A DNA stretch of 36,658 nucleotides from Octopus bimaculoides (Eukaryota), in assembly GCF_001194135.2 (NCBI RefSeq), contig NC_068983.1:129115250-129151907 (forward strand), in the 5' to 3' direction. The position numbers and the translations under genes were made by a program. A model generated the notes under the pieces. The model ran no database searches and was not told the origin of the DNA. It was given only the letters and a program-made list of their open reading frames with translations. Below are positions 23,746 to 34,199 of the stretch, in pieces (the first letter of the stretch is position 1; each line of letters starts with the position of its first letter).

Positions 23746-25239
23746 AAAGAACACAGCTTGAATAACGGACAGAGTCAACAACTATTGAAAAGTTTGCAAG
23801 ATGCAACGAAATCCGTAGGTAATCAATAAATAAACGAGTGGAAATTTTACCGGTGAGTGTGTTAAATTATAAGGCAGTAAAAGAGAATGACTCTCTCCAA
23901 ACACACGAACTCACAGAAAAGGATCTTGCAAACCAAATCCAAAAATGAATTAAAAGAAAATATATTTATTTGAACTACAGTTAGAATCTTCACGCATACA
24001 GAAACAACAAAACGTGCAAGTATGTTCGTCTTCTATTCAATAAGAGAGAAACAAATTTGGTTATTTTCTCCCTGTATTTTTGAACAAACGTAATTTAAAT
24101 ATACATTTTGTTGACTGCTCGGATGATAAGCAGCATTACCTAACTGAAACTGAAGCCAGCTTTCACCAATGAAAGTGTATTTGAAAGAAAGTAAATCGTC
24201 TCCTCTATCTTATCAAGTTTAAAGATCCTATAATATCCCACCCAAGTTGTAATTGCAGTTTGGCGTGTGAAAACTAAATAGGCTCTTCATTACGAAAAGT
24301 AAATCATATCGCACCATATATCAAAGCTTAAAAGCAGAGGTAGGGTGTAATGTTTGGAACTTGGAAATATACTATTTGATACATCTGCTAATAAAGGAAT
24401 TTCCGGGGCGTTTCCAAACGAGAATCACAAGTTTGTCAGTCAGAGACTTTTGTGAGTATGTTGAGCCGTGTCCTGTAGTCTTCTTCGTGAGTAATTTTAG
24501 GCCGGTGGTCTGTACAGATATAACATTTGGTGACCTGATGCTGGATAAGATATTCATATATATTCAAGTGCTAATGGCAGGGCATAATAAAAACACGGCT
24601 GCAAAGCAATATTTTGGAATGGGTATTCAGAACACCTTAATAATCAGCATCCATGATAGAAAACACAACCGGTACACATGTAAAAGAGCGACTACTGCAC
24701 AAAGCAACAGCAAATAAAAGAAGCTGCCAGTATTGCGGCGACACTTCTTACAATATGTGATACGTCAAATTATGTTGCTTCATCCCTGTTATTAGAGGTG
24801 AACAATCCGATATAACCCAATTCCAATCGGACTAAGGCAGAAGGGGAAAATGGTGTTTCAACCACAACTTCAACAATAGCGCTACTGTCACTCATAGATG
24901 TACCACATCAACCAATTTTGCAGATGAAGGCAGTGGATGACTGGTACAGCATAATGAACTTCCTAAAACTTGGAATTGGAACATTGAACATCATGTTTCA
25001 AATGTGAGACAGGTAAAAAAAAAATGGAAAAAAAGAACGTCTACAAGGAACATCTTGCCGCTGATAAGAAAATAACCTTTGAGAGGTAACCACTTACTCG
25101 TGCATAAACAGAATTCACAGCCATTTGCAATAAAATGCAAGGCTCTAATTGTTACAATCCGTAGTATGCGATGACATTACGGATTGTAAGGAAAATGGGA
25201 TATTATAAACTGCAAGGAAAGGACAAAATGGTAGTGCAA

Positions 25240-26300
25240 GTCATGGAGAAAATATCTGTAGTTTTATATTTGAAGGATCCAGAAGTATTACTCCATTACT
25301 TCTCCAATATAATGAAAGAACACTTCCCAGATGATTGTGAAATCAAACGTCTTGACACATGCAGGGTAGAAGTAGACTGGAAGCTAACGCTGTTAATAAA
25401 GCGCAGTGGAGGTTCGATACATATACATATATACGATTAGGAGATTTGCATATCTCTATGTCAATCACAAATGGAGGGGTGGAGCTGTGATATTCTTCCA
25501 GAAAAGTCCGGTTCTCAGGAAAAGGGCAATATTCCTGAACCCAGAAGGTAAGTTTAGAGTGTCTTTTGTGATCATTAGCGACGTGGGTGCTCTCAGACAT
25601 GTGACTGTTTATGCTTCCACAACTTGGAAGGGGCAGATTTCGTCAAACCTCTGACAATGTTCCTGAGAACGTTTCAATCTTTAATGCTAAAGGGTGGTGT
25701 GAACGCAACCTTGGGTTTACGTTAAGATTGTGTGTGGCTATCTGTTAGCAGAGGTGTACGCTAAAATCTCCCAAATGTGCTCAGACTTTTTCAGCTGTCT
25801 GAAAAATACCGACTGAATATCTTAAAAAGACAAACATGTACATCGCAAAGAGCATCCTGTTATGTAGGTCTTGTCTAGATAGAGTAATCTGTAGCCAAGT
25901 ATATAAGGATAATATAAATTCTTCATTTTTCAAAACCTATGGCTACATATATCACAAATTTGTGATCTGCACAATCGGCCTAGATTGGCTTTGGAAGCAG
26001 GGACAAGGAAACTAGAAGCTGAAAGTGCACGCTCAGAGGGCCAAGCTTACTGTGCTCGAATTAGAAAATTATTTAAGCCGACATTGACGGAGTCAATCGT
26101 CAAAATTAAATAGTGGTTTGACCTTTGACAAGAAAATGTACAATGAGAGTAAAATCGATTAAATTTAACAGGGCATTAGCAACAGAAAAAAACAGGAAAT
26201 TTAGAAATTTAGATGAGGCGCTTGCAAATGGCGAGTTGGCAGTGTGATTGGCACTGGAGCAATTCTTCAACAAATGATATATTGTCAAAGTTAGCTAAGG
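25240..26300 (+). pseudogene. L1/Tx1-type LINE ORF2 fragment: APE endonuclease and following linker
   Basis: Peptides RGGAVIFFQKS...NPEGKF...VTVYAST, DFVKPLTMFLRTFQSLMLKGGVNATL, LRLFQLSEKYRL, SCLDRVICS, YIYHKFVICTIGL and GQGN*KLK match APE motifs (RGVAIL, DxxGR, VYAP, GDFN, SxLDR, SDH, GxGxWKLN). Multiple stops and frameshifts. Confidence 0.75.
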
Positions 26301-26407
26301 CGTGTACTGTAAGGCGTGTACACAGTGACAGGAAGGAAAAGTAGTAAATAAATCTGGAAACGTGGATGTTTCGTTCATCTTTAAACAAACCTTATTGAGT
26401 GACCTTC

Positions 26408-26408
26408 T

Positions 26409-26468
<60 letters not shown>
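26408..26468. repeat. (TAG)n microsatellite
   Basis: Perfect run to gap edge. Confidence 0.95.
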
Positions 26469-26823
26469 NNNNNNNNNNNNNNNNNNNNNNNNNNNNNNNN
26501 NNNNNNNNNNNNNNNNNNNNNNNNNNNNNNNNNNNNNNNNNNNNNNNNNNNNNNNNNNNNNNNNNNNNNNNNNNNNNNNNNNNNNNNNNNNNNNNNNNNN
26601 NNNNNNNNNNNNNNNNNNNNNNNNNNNNNNNNNNNNNNNNNNNNNNNNNNNNNNNNNNNNNNNNNNNNNNNNNNNNNNNNNNNNNNNNNNNNNNNNNNNN
26701 NNNNNNNNNNNNNNNNNNNNNNNNNNNNNNNNNNNNNNNNNNNNNNNNNNNNNNNNNNNNNNNNNNNNNNNNNNNNNNNNNNNNNNNNNNNNNNNNNNNN
26801 NNNNNNNNNNNNNNNNNNNNNNN

Positions 26824-26878
26824 GAGGAGGAAGTGGAGGAAGAAGAGGAGGAGGTGGAGGAGGAGAAGAAGGAGCAGC
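26824..26878. repeat. (GAG)n-rich purine repeat
   Basis: Direct degenerate run after gap. Confidence 0.9.
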
Positions 26879-26959
26879 AACCACAGAACTAGGAAAGGTA
26901 AATATGAAAATATGGTAAATGAAACTGACTGATAACAATGAAACATTAAAGGAAGTCAA

Positions 26960-27545
26960 CACTAAACGGCAAAAGAAAGAAAGTCTATAAAAGAGCAAAA
27001 GCCCAAAAAACCCGACCTTTGATCAAAGATCCAATTCTATTAAACACAAGATTTTCAAAGTATATGCTAAATACTAATTCACGAGTTTTCAGAAAGAGCA
27101 AATAGATTTAAGCCAATCATGGACAGGAAAATCTCAAGAGCATTATTTGGTGAAGATGAAAATCCATAATAAGATCATACATTGCGTCCAGAAAGAACAA
27201 AACCTTAATATAGAAGATGAAGCCAAACTCTGGATAGATAGGCAACTAGAATAAAATATATAGGCTATCATTGACACAGGCAAATGTAAACTAGCAGAGT
27301 GTAATGAATTGAGAAATTTGGATTAAAAGTCTAGTGAGCACACATAAGTTCCTTGCTTTGACAATTAATAGCATATTGAAAGGCCTATATTCACGTCCTA
27401 GAAGGAATAAAACACACCCTCCCAGAGGCTGATGTGACTACAAGCTAAAACTTTCACAGGCTTAGAATTACCTGTCTTCCCGCAATATGGAAAATCCTCA
27501 CGTCTAAATTTACAGACATGATCTATATGTTTCTCGAAAACATCC
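26960..27545 (+). pseudogene. Possible decayed C-terminal region of an RLE-type non-LTR retrotransposon
   Basis: Frame-broken peptides QIDLSQSWTGKSQEHYLVK...EAKLWIDRQLE, GKCKLAECNELRN, KFLALTINSIL and YRHD resemble the pre-Zn-finger and RHD region of RLE LINEs. Similarity is weak and judged by eye. Confidence 0.35.
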
Positions 27546-27564
27546 TGCTGAGAAAACAAGGAAA

Positions 27565-27747
27565 ATAGTGTATTATTTACATTATTTACATTCAACGGAT
27601 ATTTATCCTCATCGTGTTTGTTGTTAACACAACGTTTCGGCTGATATACCCTCCTGCCTTTTTCAAGAGTCTTGGGAAACTTTCGAACCTGGGTTTTCAT
27701 TCCTAAAGCATTTTTCGATGTTGCTGTTGTTGTTATTATTATTACAA

Positions 27748-27810
<63 letters not shown>

Positions 27811-27844
27811 TCACTGCTTGGAGTCGAACTCGGAATGTTGGGGT
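27565..27844 (-). mobile_element. 5'-truncated copy (A) of the PLE 3' module: partial tRNA-like head, (AAT)n, hammerhead-like motif, tail
   Basis: Collinear with 31404-31685. The minus strand gives accccaacattccgagttcgactccaagcagtgacctg-(aat)n-aacatcgaaaaatgc...cccaagactcTTGAAAAaggcaggagggtatatcagccGAAACGTTgtgtt... Confidence 0.9.
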
Positions 27845-27985
27845 CTGATCTGAATAAGGTTGGAGAGTATATCAGCCGTAACGTTGTCTTAACAACAAAC
27901 AAGAGGAGGACAAATATTCGTTGAATGTAAATAATGTAAATAATTTAAATAAATCACATAATTCCTCATCTGTTAAACATAGAAC
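27845..27985 (+). mobile_element. Inverted copy (B) of the hammerhead-to-tail part of the PLE 3' module
   Basis: CTGAATAaggttggagagtatatcagccGTAACGTTgtcttaacaacaaacaagaggaggacaaatattcgttgaatgtaaataatg...attcctcatctgttaaacatagaac is the inverse of copy A and matches copies C and D. Confidence 0.9.
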
Positions 27986-28009
27986 TGAACAAAAACAGTG
28001 CAGAAACGA

Positions 28010-28760
28010 AAGCTATACACACAGGGATCAACAACTAATCTACAAACCATTTTGAAAAGAGTAAAGTTTATAAGAACGCGCATTTCCACAGCATAGGGAG
28101 GACTACAAGAAACCTCTTCACAGTGTTTTCTCCACACCTAGATAGCATAGAATATTGAAATGTATGAGATCCGTCCACAAATCTCTCACTTCATCAAAAC
28201 TCGGTTGAGTGTACCCTCCACATATGCTATGAAAAATTAAACTGGTTCAAGAGAAGTCTTCTGTATTGTACTTCTTTCTTAGTACTTTTCTCCACACAAG
28301 TTGCTATAGTCATCAAGCAGTGACGAGGAAACCGAACCAACTACATTATATTGACGATTTCAAAACATCTTCTAAAAAAGACAGCCAACAAGCGGAGCAC
28401 CTCAACATGGTGATAACTGTTACCGATAAAATCATGTCATAAATATTAACCTTGATAAGTAGATAAAAGCCATCTTCAGATGTGGAGAAATTGATCAGTA
28501 CTCTCATAAAGGAATTACGACTTGATGGTACCTATACATACCTTCCTATAAAAGAAAGTGACTGGACACAACACATCTGAATGAAGGAAAAATATTAGGA
28601 AAGAAATGTATATAGGAGTCGGAGTGGTACTCAGATCAGACCTCAATGATTCTAACAAAGTTGAAGCCAACAACACACTGGCAGTACCATCAGCAACTTA
28701 CATCTTCAGCACCATTAGGTGGATGGTCAGGGATCTGAAGCAGCTAGGTAACAACACGAT
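28010..28760 (+). pseudogene. R4/Dong-clade LINE reverse transcriptase fragment
   Basis: Peptides DYKKPLHSV (like IDYKKAFDSV), LHYIDDFK (YIDD at 28347-28358), GTYTYL, MKEK and VVLRSDLNDSNKVEANNTLAVPSATYIFSTIRW (like LKSELNAxNKIxAINTLAVP). Frameshifted. Confidence 0.8.
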
Positions 28761-30095
28761 AAATGCAAACAAGGGGAATAAGCAGTAACCGAAAGATGGT
28801 ATTGACGTAATGCATCATTTTATGTGAGATTGAAGCTGAGACCTTGTTGAACTAGAACTAAAATAAGCGCAGTGAAAGAAAAGAAGACACCCCCCCCCAC
28901 TGTCAAAACTCAACTGTCAAAAATCATGTTGGAGGGAAAAACATCTTTTCTGTAACAGAATAAGCCAAGTCGTAGAATAAAGAAGTGGAAATTCCACAAT
29001 TACTGCTAGAAATTGAGATAATAACTATGTTGCCAGAAGTTTGTTTTCTGTGTTTTTGTTTTATATGTTCTCTTTTCCATTTGTCTACGATTATTTGATG
29101 TCCGTACCCANNNNNNNNNNNNNNNNNNNNNNNNNNNNNNNNNNNNNNNNNNNNNNNNNNNNNNNNNNNNNNNNNNNNNNNNNNNNNNNNNNNNNNNNNN
29201 NNNNNNNNNNNNNNNNNNNNNNNNNNNNNNNNNNNNNNNNCACACGCATACAAGAGCACACACACATATATATATATATATTGGTACATATATATATGTA
29301 TATGTGTGTGTGTGTGTGTGTGTTTATGCGTGTGTACATATATGATATATACCATATTCTGAGGCAGTGCATTTCAAACAAGTTTGGATTGCTTGCGATC
29401 ATAAAGCAGAAATGTTCGGTAAAAGCATTCTTATTGATAAATATCATACGTAAAATATGATATTAATCGGAAGTTGTATTGTTAGGTTACATCTATCTGC
29501 TTCTACACATCGTAATTGCAATTCATTGTCTGAAAGTAGGAAGCGTACGTAAAAGTGCCCGAAACACTGTTTTCCCCAAACCTCCACTTGAAAAACCAAA
29601 TTTCTTTTTCTTATATTGAATAAACACATTGATATCTATCCGTTCGAGTTATTCAGCAAAAATAGCAGCCACTAACCCTTGAAAACCAAACCCTCTTCTG
29701 TCAAGCAACGAACACGCATTACTGATTAATGTAGTGGTAAATACAGAGTTAGTTTAGTGAGACGTGTATTGCTGTCCATCCTTGTTCTCATCCATCAAAA
29801 ATATAAAGAAATTCACATTCATTCAAATGAACATTTGCTGCACTATTCCAGTGGTATGTCTGTGTATCTGCATGTGCGTGTTGCTCTTTCGCTCACGCAC
29901 ATGTGTGTATAAGTGTATAAGTATGTATGCATATATATTTGAGAGTGTGTATTTTCTACCTTACAAGCCTAGGCGTTTAACATCAAGTAAATATATCAGT
30001 CGAGGCTTCTTTTCATTTTCAAAACTATTGCTCTCCAGTTGAACGTATTTGTTTTCGTAATTGATTTGCAGCCTTGCTTGGGCACCGCCTACGCG

Positions 30096-30180
30096 ATATA
30101 TATATATATATATATATATACAGAGAGAGAGAGAGAGAGAGAGAGAGTGTGTGTGTGTGAGGGAGAGAGAGAGCGAGAAA
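30096..30180. repeat. Compound (TA)n(GA)n(GT)n microsatellite
   Basis: Direct runs. Confidence 0.95.
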
Positions 30181-31479
30181 GGAAGAAAAAAAGAGAAAGA
30201 TAAAGAGAGTGATTGATAGAAATGGTGACATATTTGTATATATTTACATGTTTAATAGATATGCACTTTACTAAACTTATTGAATAATCATTCAGTTAGA
30301 TATTTAAATATTTTCATGTACAATTTGACATAAACAAATATTTATATTTGTGTTTGCTAGTGTGTGTCAATATGCATGTATGTATGCGTGTAGAAGATTC
30401 TTATGTATTTATGTTTATTTTTATGTTGATTCTTTTTTTTTTATTTCTTAGATACAGAGCACTTAAGATTTTTAACAGATTATTTTATTTTACACGTTCT
30501 CTTATTTCACGTATTTGTTCACTTCTGGATTACCTGTATCATATAGAGCTGGTCTTGTTGTTTTTTCTCTTTCATTTGACTCTCTAAGGAAATTGGTGAA
30601 CTGAGAATAAACACTATAATGCAAAATTTGCCATTCCTAATAGTGGTTTTAAGCAATTATTATTTAAATTTGGAAGAACTATTTATATTAGTGAATAAAA
30701 TATAACTGTTTCCATTAGAAAATAAAAAATAACTTTTCATTTCTGTCAACGAGGTAAGCACAACCATTTTTCATTTATTAAGAAAAATCGCTTTCTATTC
30801 TTGCTAAGCGAAGTTGTTAAGATATTAAATGATAACAAAATGGAAGTTTAGACATTGCAGAAGTGTAAAACGATAATATGAAGCGATAATAAAATTCGTT
30901 GAGCAAAAAATTGCAGTGTGAAAAAATATCATAAAAGATAAGAAACTGAAATACATTTTTTCCTGTGTTATTGGCTGAAGAACCATGCTAGTAAAAGTGC
31001 TTATGTTCCTAAAACTGAAGGTGTTTTCTTACAAAATGAAATTAAGGAACGTGCGGTTTCGTACAAATTGAATTATAGAGGCAACAAATCTATGCAAATA
31101 ACGACAAATAAATAAATAGAGATCAGATTTTCGATTCGGATACTACATGCATATAGTATTACGAGAACAATTAGAATCGCAGTGGAATTTCGCAAATTCT
31201 GCAAATGTGGAATCATACTTCTAATGAAGATGCTGAATGATTATAATACATTATTTCGTTTACTTTTCCCAGAAGAACAAACATTTTACTTACTCCAGTT
31301 GATGTAGCACCTATTGTTTCCCTTTGAAACATAACACATAAACATATACTGTAACACAAAATTATTATTATTATTATTATTATTATTGTTGTTGTTGTTG
31401 TTGTTCTATATATAAAAGATGAGGAATTATGTACATTATTTACATTCGACGGATATTTGTCCTCATCTTGTTTGTTGTT

Positions 31480-31526
31480 AATACAACGTTTCGGCTGATA
31501 TACCCTCCAGTCTTCATCTATTGCCA
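31480..31526 (-). ncRNA. Degenerate minimal type I hammerhead ribozyme motif (copy C)
   Basis: Minus strand: ggcaa TAGATGA A GACTG gagggtatat CAGCC GAAACGTT gtatt. Core CUGANGA has 2 substitutions, GAAA and the palindromic AACGTT stem III are intact, and stem I pairing is eroded. Confidence 0.6.
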
Positions 31527-31648
31527 TGGGGAAATTTCGAACCTGAGATCTCATTCATAATGTATTTTTCGATGTTATTATTATTATTATCATTGTAATT
31601 ATCATTATTATTATTATTATTACTATCATTGTTATTATTATGGTTGTT

Positions 31649-31723
31649 CAGGTCACTGCTTGGAATCGAACTGGGAATCTGAGCGTTAGTAGCCCGCGCT
31701 GTGAACCACGGCGCCATATGCCC
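31649..31723 (-). promoter_or_regulatory. tRNA-like segment with Pol III type 2 A and B boxes inside the PLE 3' region
   Basis: Minus strand: gggcatatggcgccgtggttcacagcgcgggctactaacgctcagattcccagttcgattccaagcagtgacctg. A box TGGCGCCGTGG (1 mismatch to TRGCNNARYGG) and B box GTTCGATTCC are at tRNA spacing. The D stem GCGC/GCGC pairs but the T and acceptor stems do not, so this is not a functional tRNA. Confidence 0.75.
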
Positions 31724-31844
31724 GTGGGCAATTAAGGAGTGAATTTTAGGGCTTATAAATCTATTATTTTTCTATCCTTCCTTAATACCGGTTCCCATAT
31801 GCTGCTCATATCTGCAATCAGTCTGCTTAGGAGGTTGTTGTGTC

Positions 31845-32129
31845 CTAGCATATATGCTGCTTCTTTCGTTTTCGTATTTTCCAGTGGTGTTCTCTGCCTA
31901 TTATTTTAACTTTACCCCACTGGGGTAGGTGGTTTCCAGTTTTCCATAGATGATCGGCTATACCCGATTTATCAATGTCTCCTCGTGTCAGAGCTTTGCG
32001 ACGTTCGTCTACCCTTATTTCGAAGGGGTGGCATATTTCGCCTTTGTATAACCTACCACATCTGCATGGGATGTTGTACACGCAGTCTTTGGTCATATCT
32101 CGTCTATTGGTGGTTTTCGTCGAAGGCAA
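31845..32129 (-). pseudogene. GIY-YIG endonuclease remnant of the Penelope/Poseidon element
   Basis: ORF track peptide DCVYNIPCRCGRLYKGEICHPFEIRVDERRK...SGIADHLW...WGKVKIIGREHHWKIRK matches VYxIPCxCGxxYIGET...RxxEH...SxIAxH. Confidence 0.9.
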
Positions 32130-33480
32130 TATTTGGGAAGTATTATATTCCTCGTGAATACTGACCTGATGTCATATGGGCGCATATTTTTGTATCTTTT
32201 CGGAGAGTCATTTCATGTAGGGTAGGCAGAGTGTAGACAGTTTGTGTTTGCCTCATCCTCTCGCTTCTTCATAGTTGGAGTGGATAGTATACATTTGGGG
32301 TAGTTGTTGCATAACAGATCGTTAATGAGATCCATCATTTCTTAGTGGTGTGTATCACGATTGCTACTTGTATTCTTTGCATAATGTTTTAGGCACTAAG
32401 CAATCCATCTCTTTACACTGTATCTTCCAGTAAAGATCGGCTTGCGGTATACGGATGTCCTAAATTCATATTTGGTGCGTGTTATTAATAAGGATTCTAG
32501 GGTTTGTAGCTGATTGTCTCTTTCCTTTTCCATTGTGAACTATACGGATGGCTTTATTGAGTTCACATGAGCTAACAGCACTTGGACATCTTCCTGGTGG
32601 GACCAGAGTATAAAGGTGTCATCAACATATCGTAGCCATTGTGTTGGTTTTATTGGTGTTCAACCAAAAGTCAAATTCTGAAAGTATTCCATGTATAAAT
32701 TGGCTATTACCGGTGATAATAGCGAACCCATAGCTAAACCCTCCAAATGTCGATATATATCAGTGTCCATAATGAAGTAAGTAGTTTCTACACAGGAGGT
32801 CAACATTTCCATCCAGTTTCTTATTGGTATATTATTGCGTTCTTTTAGATGGGTGATTGTCTCTAGTTTTTTATTGTATCACCGATAGTACTTCACACAT
32901 CTAGACACGCCATTTGATTGGATTCATTAGGGGTGTCTTTGATCAATTCTGTGAAGTGGGTGCAATTCTCCACGTACGAGGTTGACTTTCCTGCTAATGA
33001 ACTGATTATATCCACAAGGAAGCGGCTCAGTGGATGACATGTTGAACCTCCACAGTTCACTATATGTCTTAATGGAATATCATCTTTGTGAATCTTAGGG
33101 AGACCGTGCATGTGTGGTAGTTTACTGTGGTGTTGAGTCAGTTGTCTGTACTTCATTGGTGGAAAGTGATCGTTGCACATGATCAAGATCTGTGCCAACT
33201 TCCTCTCTGCTTACAGAGTTGGGTCTTTCTTTTCTTTGCTGTGGCTACCATCACTTATAAGACTTGCCAAATTTTCAGGGTAGTCAGACTTATTCATTAC
33301 CACTGTAGCATTTTCCTTGTCTGCTGGATGTACTATGATGGAATTGACACTCGTAGTTTTTGATAGCGAACAGTTCTTCCTTAGTGATGTTTAGTTTACG
33401 AAGTTTTGCTTCTTCCGTACCTGTCTCTCTTTCCACCTTAGTTCCTCTCCCTGAGCCTTTGGTATGTTTATGGCTATCCA
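32130..33480 (-). pseudogene. Reverse transcriptase remnant of the Penelope/Poseidon element
   Basis: Peptides NITKEELFAIK, HPADKENATVVMNK, HGLPKIHKDDIPLRHIV, GLAMGSLLSPVIANLYME, WLRYVDDTF (YVDD at plus 32618-32629), FTMEKE and VYRKPIFTGRY. Several stops and frameshifts. Confidence 0.92.
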
Positions 33481-33640
33481 TAAATAATAATAATAACATC
33501 AAAAAATACCTTAGTAATGAGAACCAAAGTTTGAAATTTCCCCAAGACACTTGAAGAAGGCTGGAGGGTATATCAGCCGAAACTTTGTGTTAACAACAAA
33601 CAAGATGTAGACAAATATCCGTCGAATGTGAATAGTGAAA
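33481..33640 (+). mobile_element. Inverted terminal copy (D) of the PLE 3' module, starting within (AAT)n
   Basis: aataataacatcaaaaaataccttagtaatgagaaccaaagtttgaaatttccccaagacac...caagatgtagacaaatatccgtcgaatgtgaatag is the reverse complement of 31435-31580. Confidence 0.9.
33546..33591 (+). ncRNA. Near-canonical minimal type I hammerhead ribozyme motif (copy D)
   Basis: GACAC TTGAAGA A GGCTG gagggtatat CAGCC GAAAC TTT GTGTT. Stem I GACAC/GTGTT and stem II GGCTG/CAGCC pair. The core differs from CUGANGA only by C3U, and G16.2 is U. Confidence 0.7.
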
Positions 33641-33680
33641 ATTATTATTATTATTATTATTATCATCATCATCATCATCA

Positions 33681-33711
<31 letters not shown>

Positions 33712-33785
33712 GATCATCATCATAATCATTATCATCATCTTCATCGTTGTTGTTGTTGGTGTTGGTGTTATTATTGTTATTAATG
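33641..33785. repeat. Compound (TTA)n/(TCA)n/(TTG)n microsatellite
   Basis: Direct runs. Confidence 0.95.
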
Positions 33786-34199
33786 TAAGCCAGATTTAGA
33801 GACAAGGAAGAATGTAATGCAGCTTTGAAATCAAAAGAAATAAGAAACCCTAACTAAATACTGCGTAAATCTTTATGACGATGTAGCTGCGATGTAAGTT
33901 GACACTCCTAAAAAAGAAAATATGAAATATATGAAATTAATGGGGAAATAATATTTTGGTTGTCATCCATCTCTCTTCTTCCACTTCTTTCCTACAGACA
34001 GGGCGTGCTTTTATCTGTCTCTTCTCAAATCTCGCTTTTCCACAGTTCACCACTTCACATCGCATCGTCTTGCTTAAACGCCCTCACCGTTCGCTTTTAT
34101 TGGTTTGTTCTCCCTTTCCATTTTTTGCACCCTCTGCAACACGTCCCAAATTTTATTTAATTTGCTTTGCGGAAAGGACTGTTTTAACGAAATCGTATA

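Larger units (their letters stand above)
31404..33640 (-). mobile_element. Penelope/Poseidon-type retroelement, 5'-truncated, with 3' terminal module (copy C) and an inverted terminal copy (D)
   Basis: RT and GIY-YIG remnants are on the minus strand (31845-33480). The 3' module at 31404-31730 ends ...tatagaac(AAC)n. A plus-strand copy of the same module lies at 33481-33640. Confidence 0.92.

Noticed and set aside
23123-23781. Many overlapping H/T- or C/V-rich ORFs; similar ones at 34247-34814 and 36419-36658
   Set aside because: These are translations of CA/TA or trinucleotide repeats with no domain signal.
1324-29460. Long ORFs in the track containing X runs (for example 3185-4024, 9475-10422, 18705-19700, 26362-26998)
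   Set aside because: They are open only because N gaps contain no stops; the flanks are microsatellite translations.
30589-30753. AG...GAG|GTAAGC bounded segment
   Set aside because: Stops occur in all three frames. It could only be a non-coding exon, which cannot be supported without RNA data.
31649-31723. Functional tRNA gene
   Set aside because: The acceptor and T stems do not pair; it is a tRNA-derived head within a retroelement.
27565-33640. Repeated ~46-bp hammerhead units or microsatellites as a CRISPR-like array
   Set aside because: The copies are dispersed and inverted, are embedded in longer homologous modules and lack unique regular spacers, and the context is eukaryotic.
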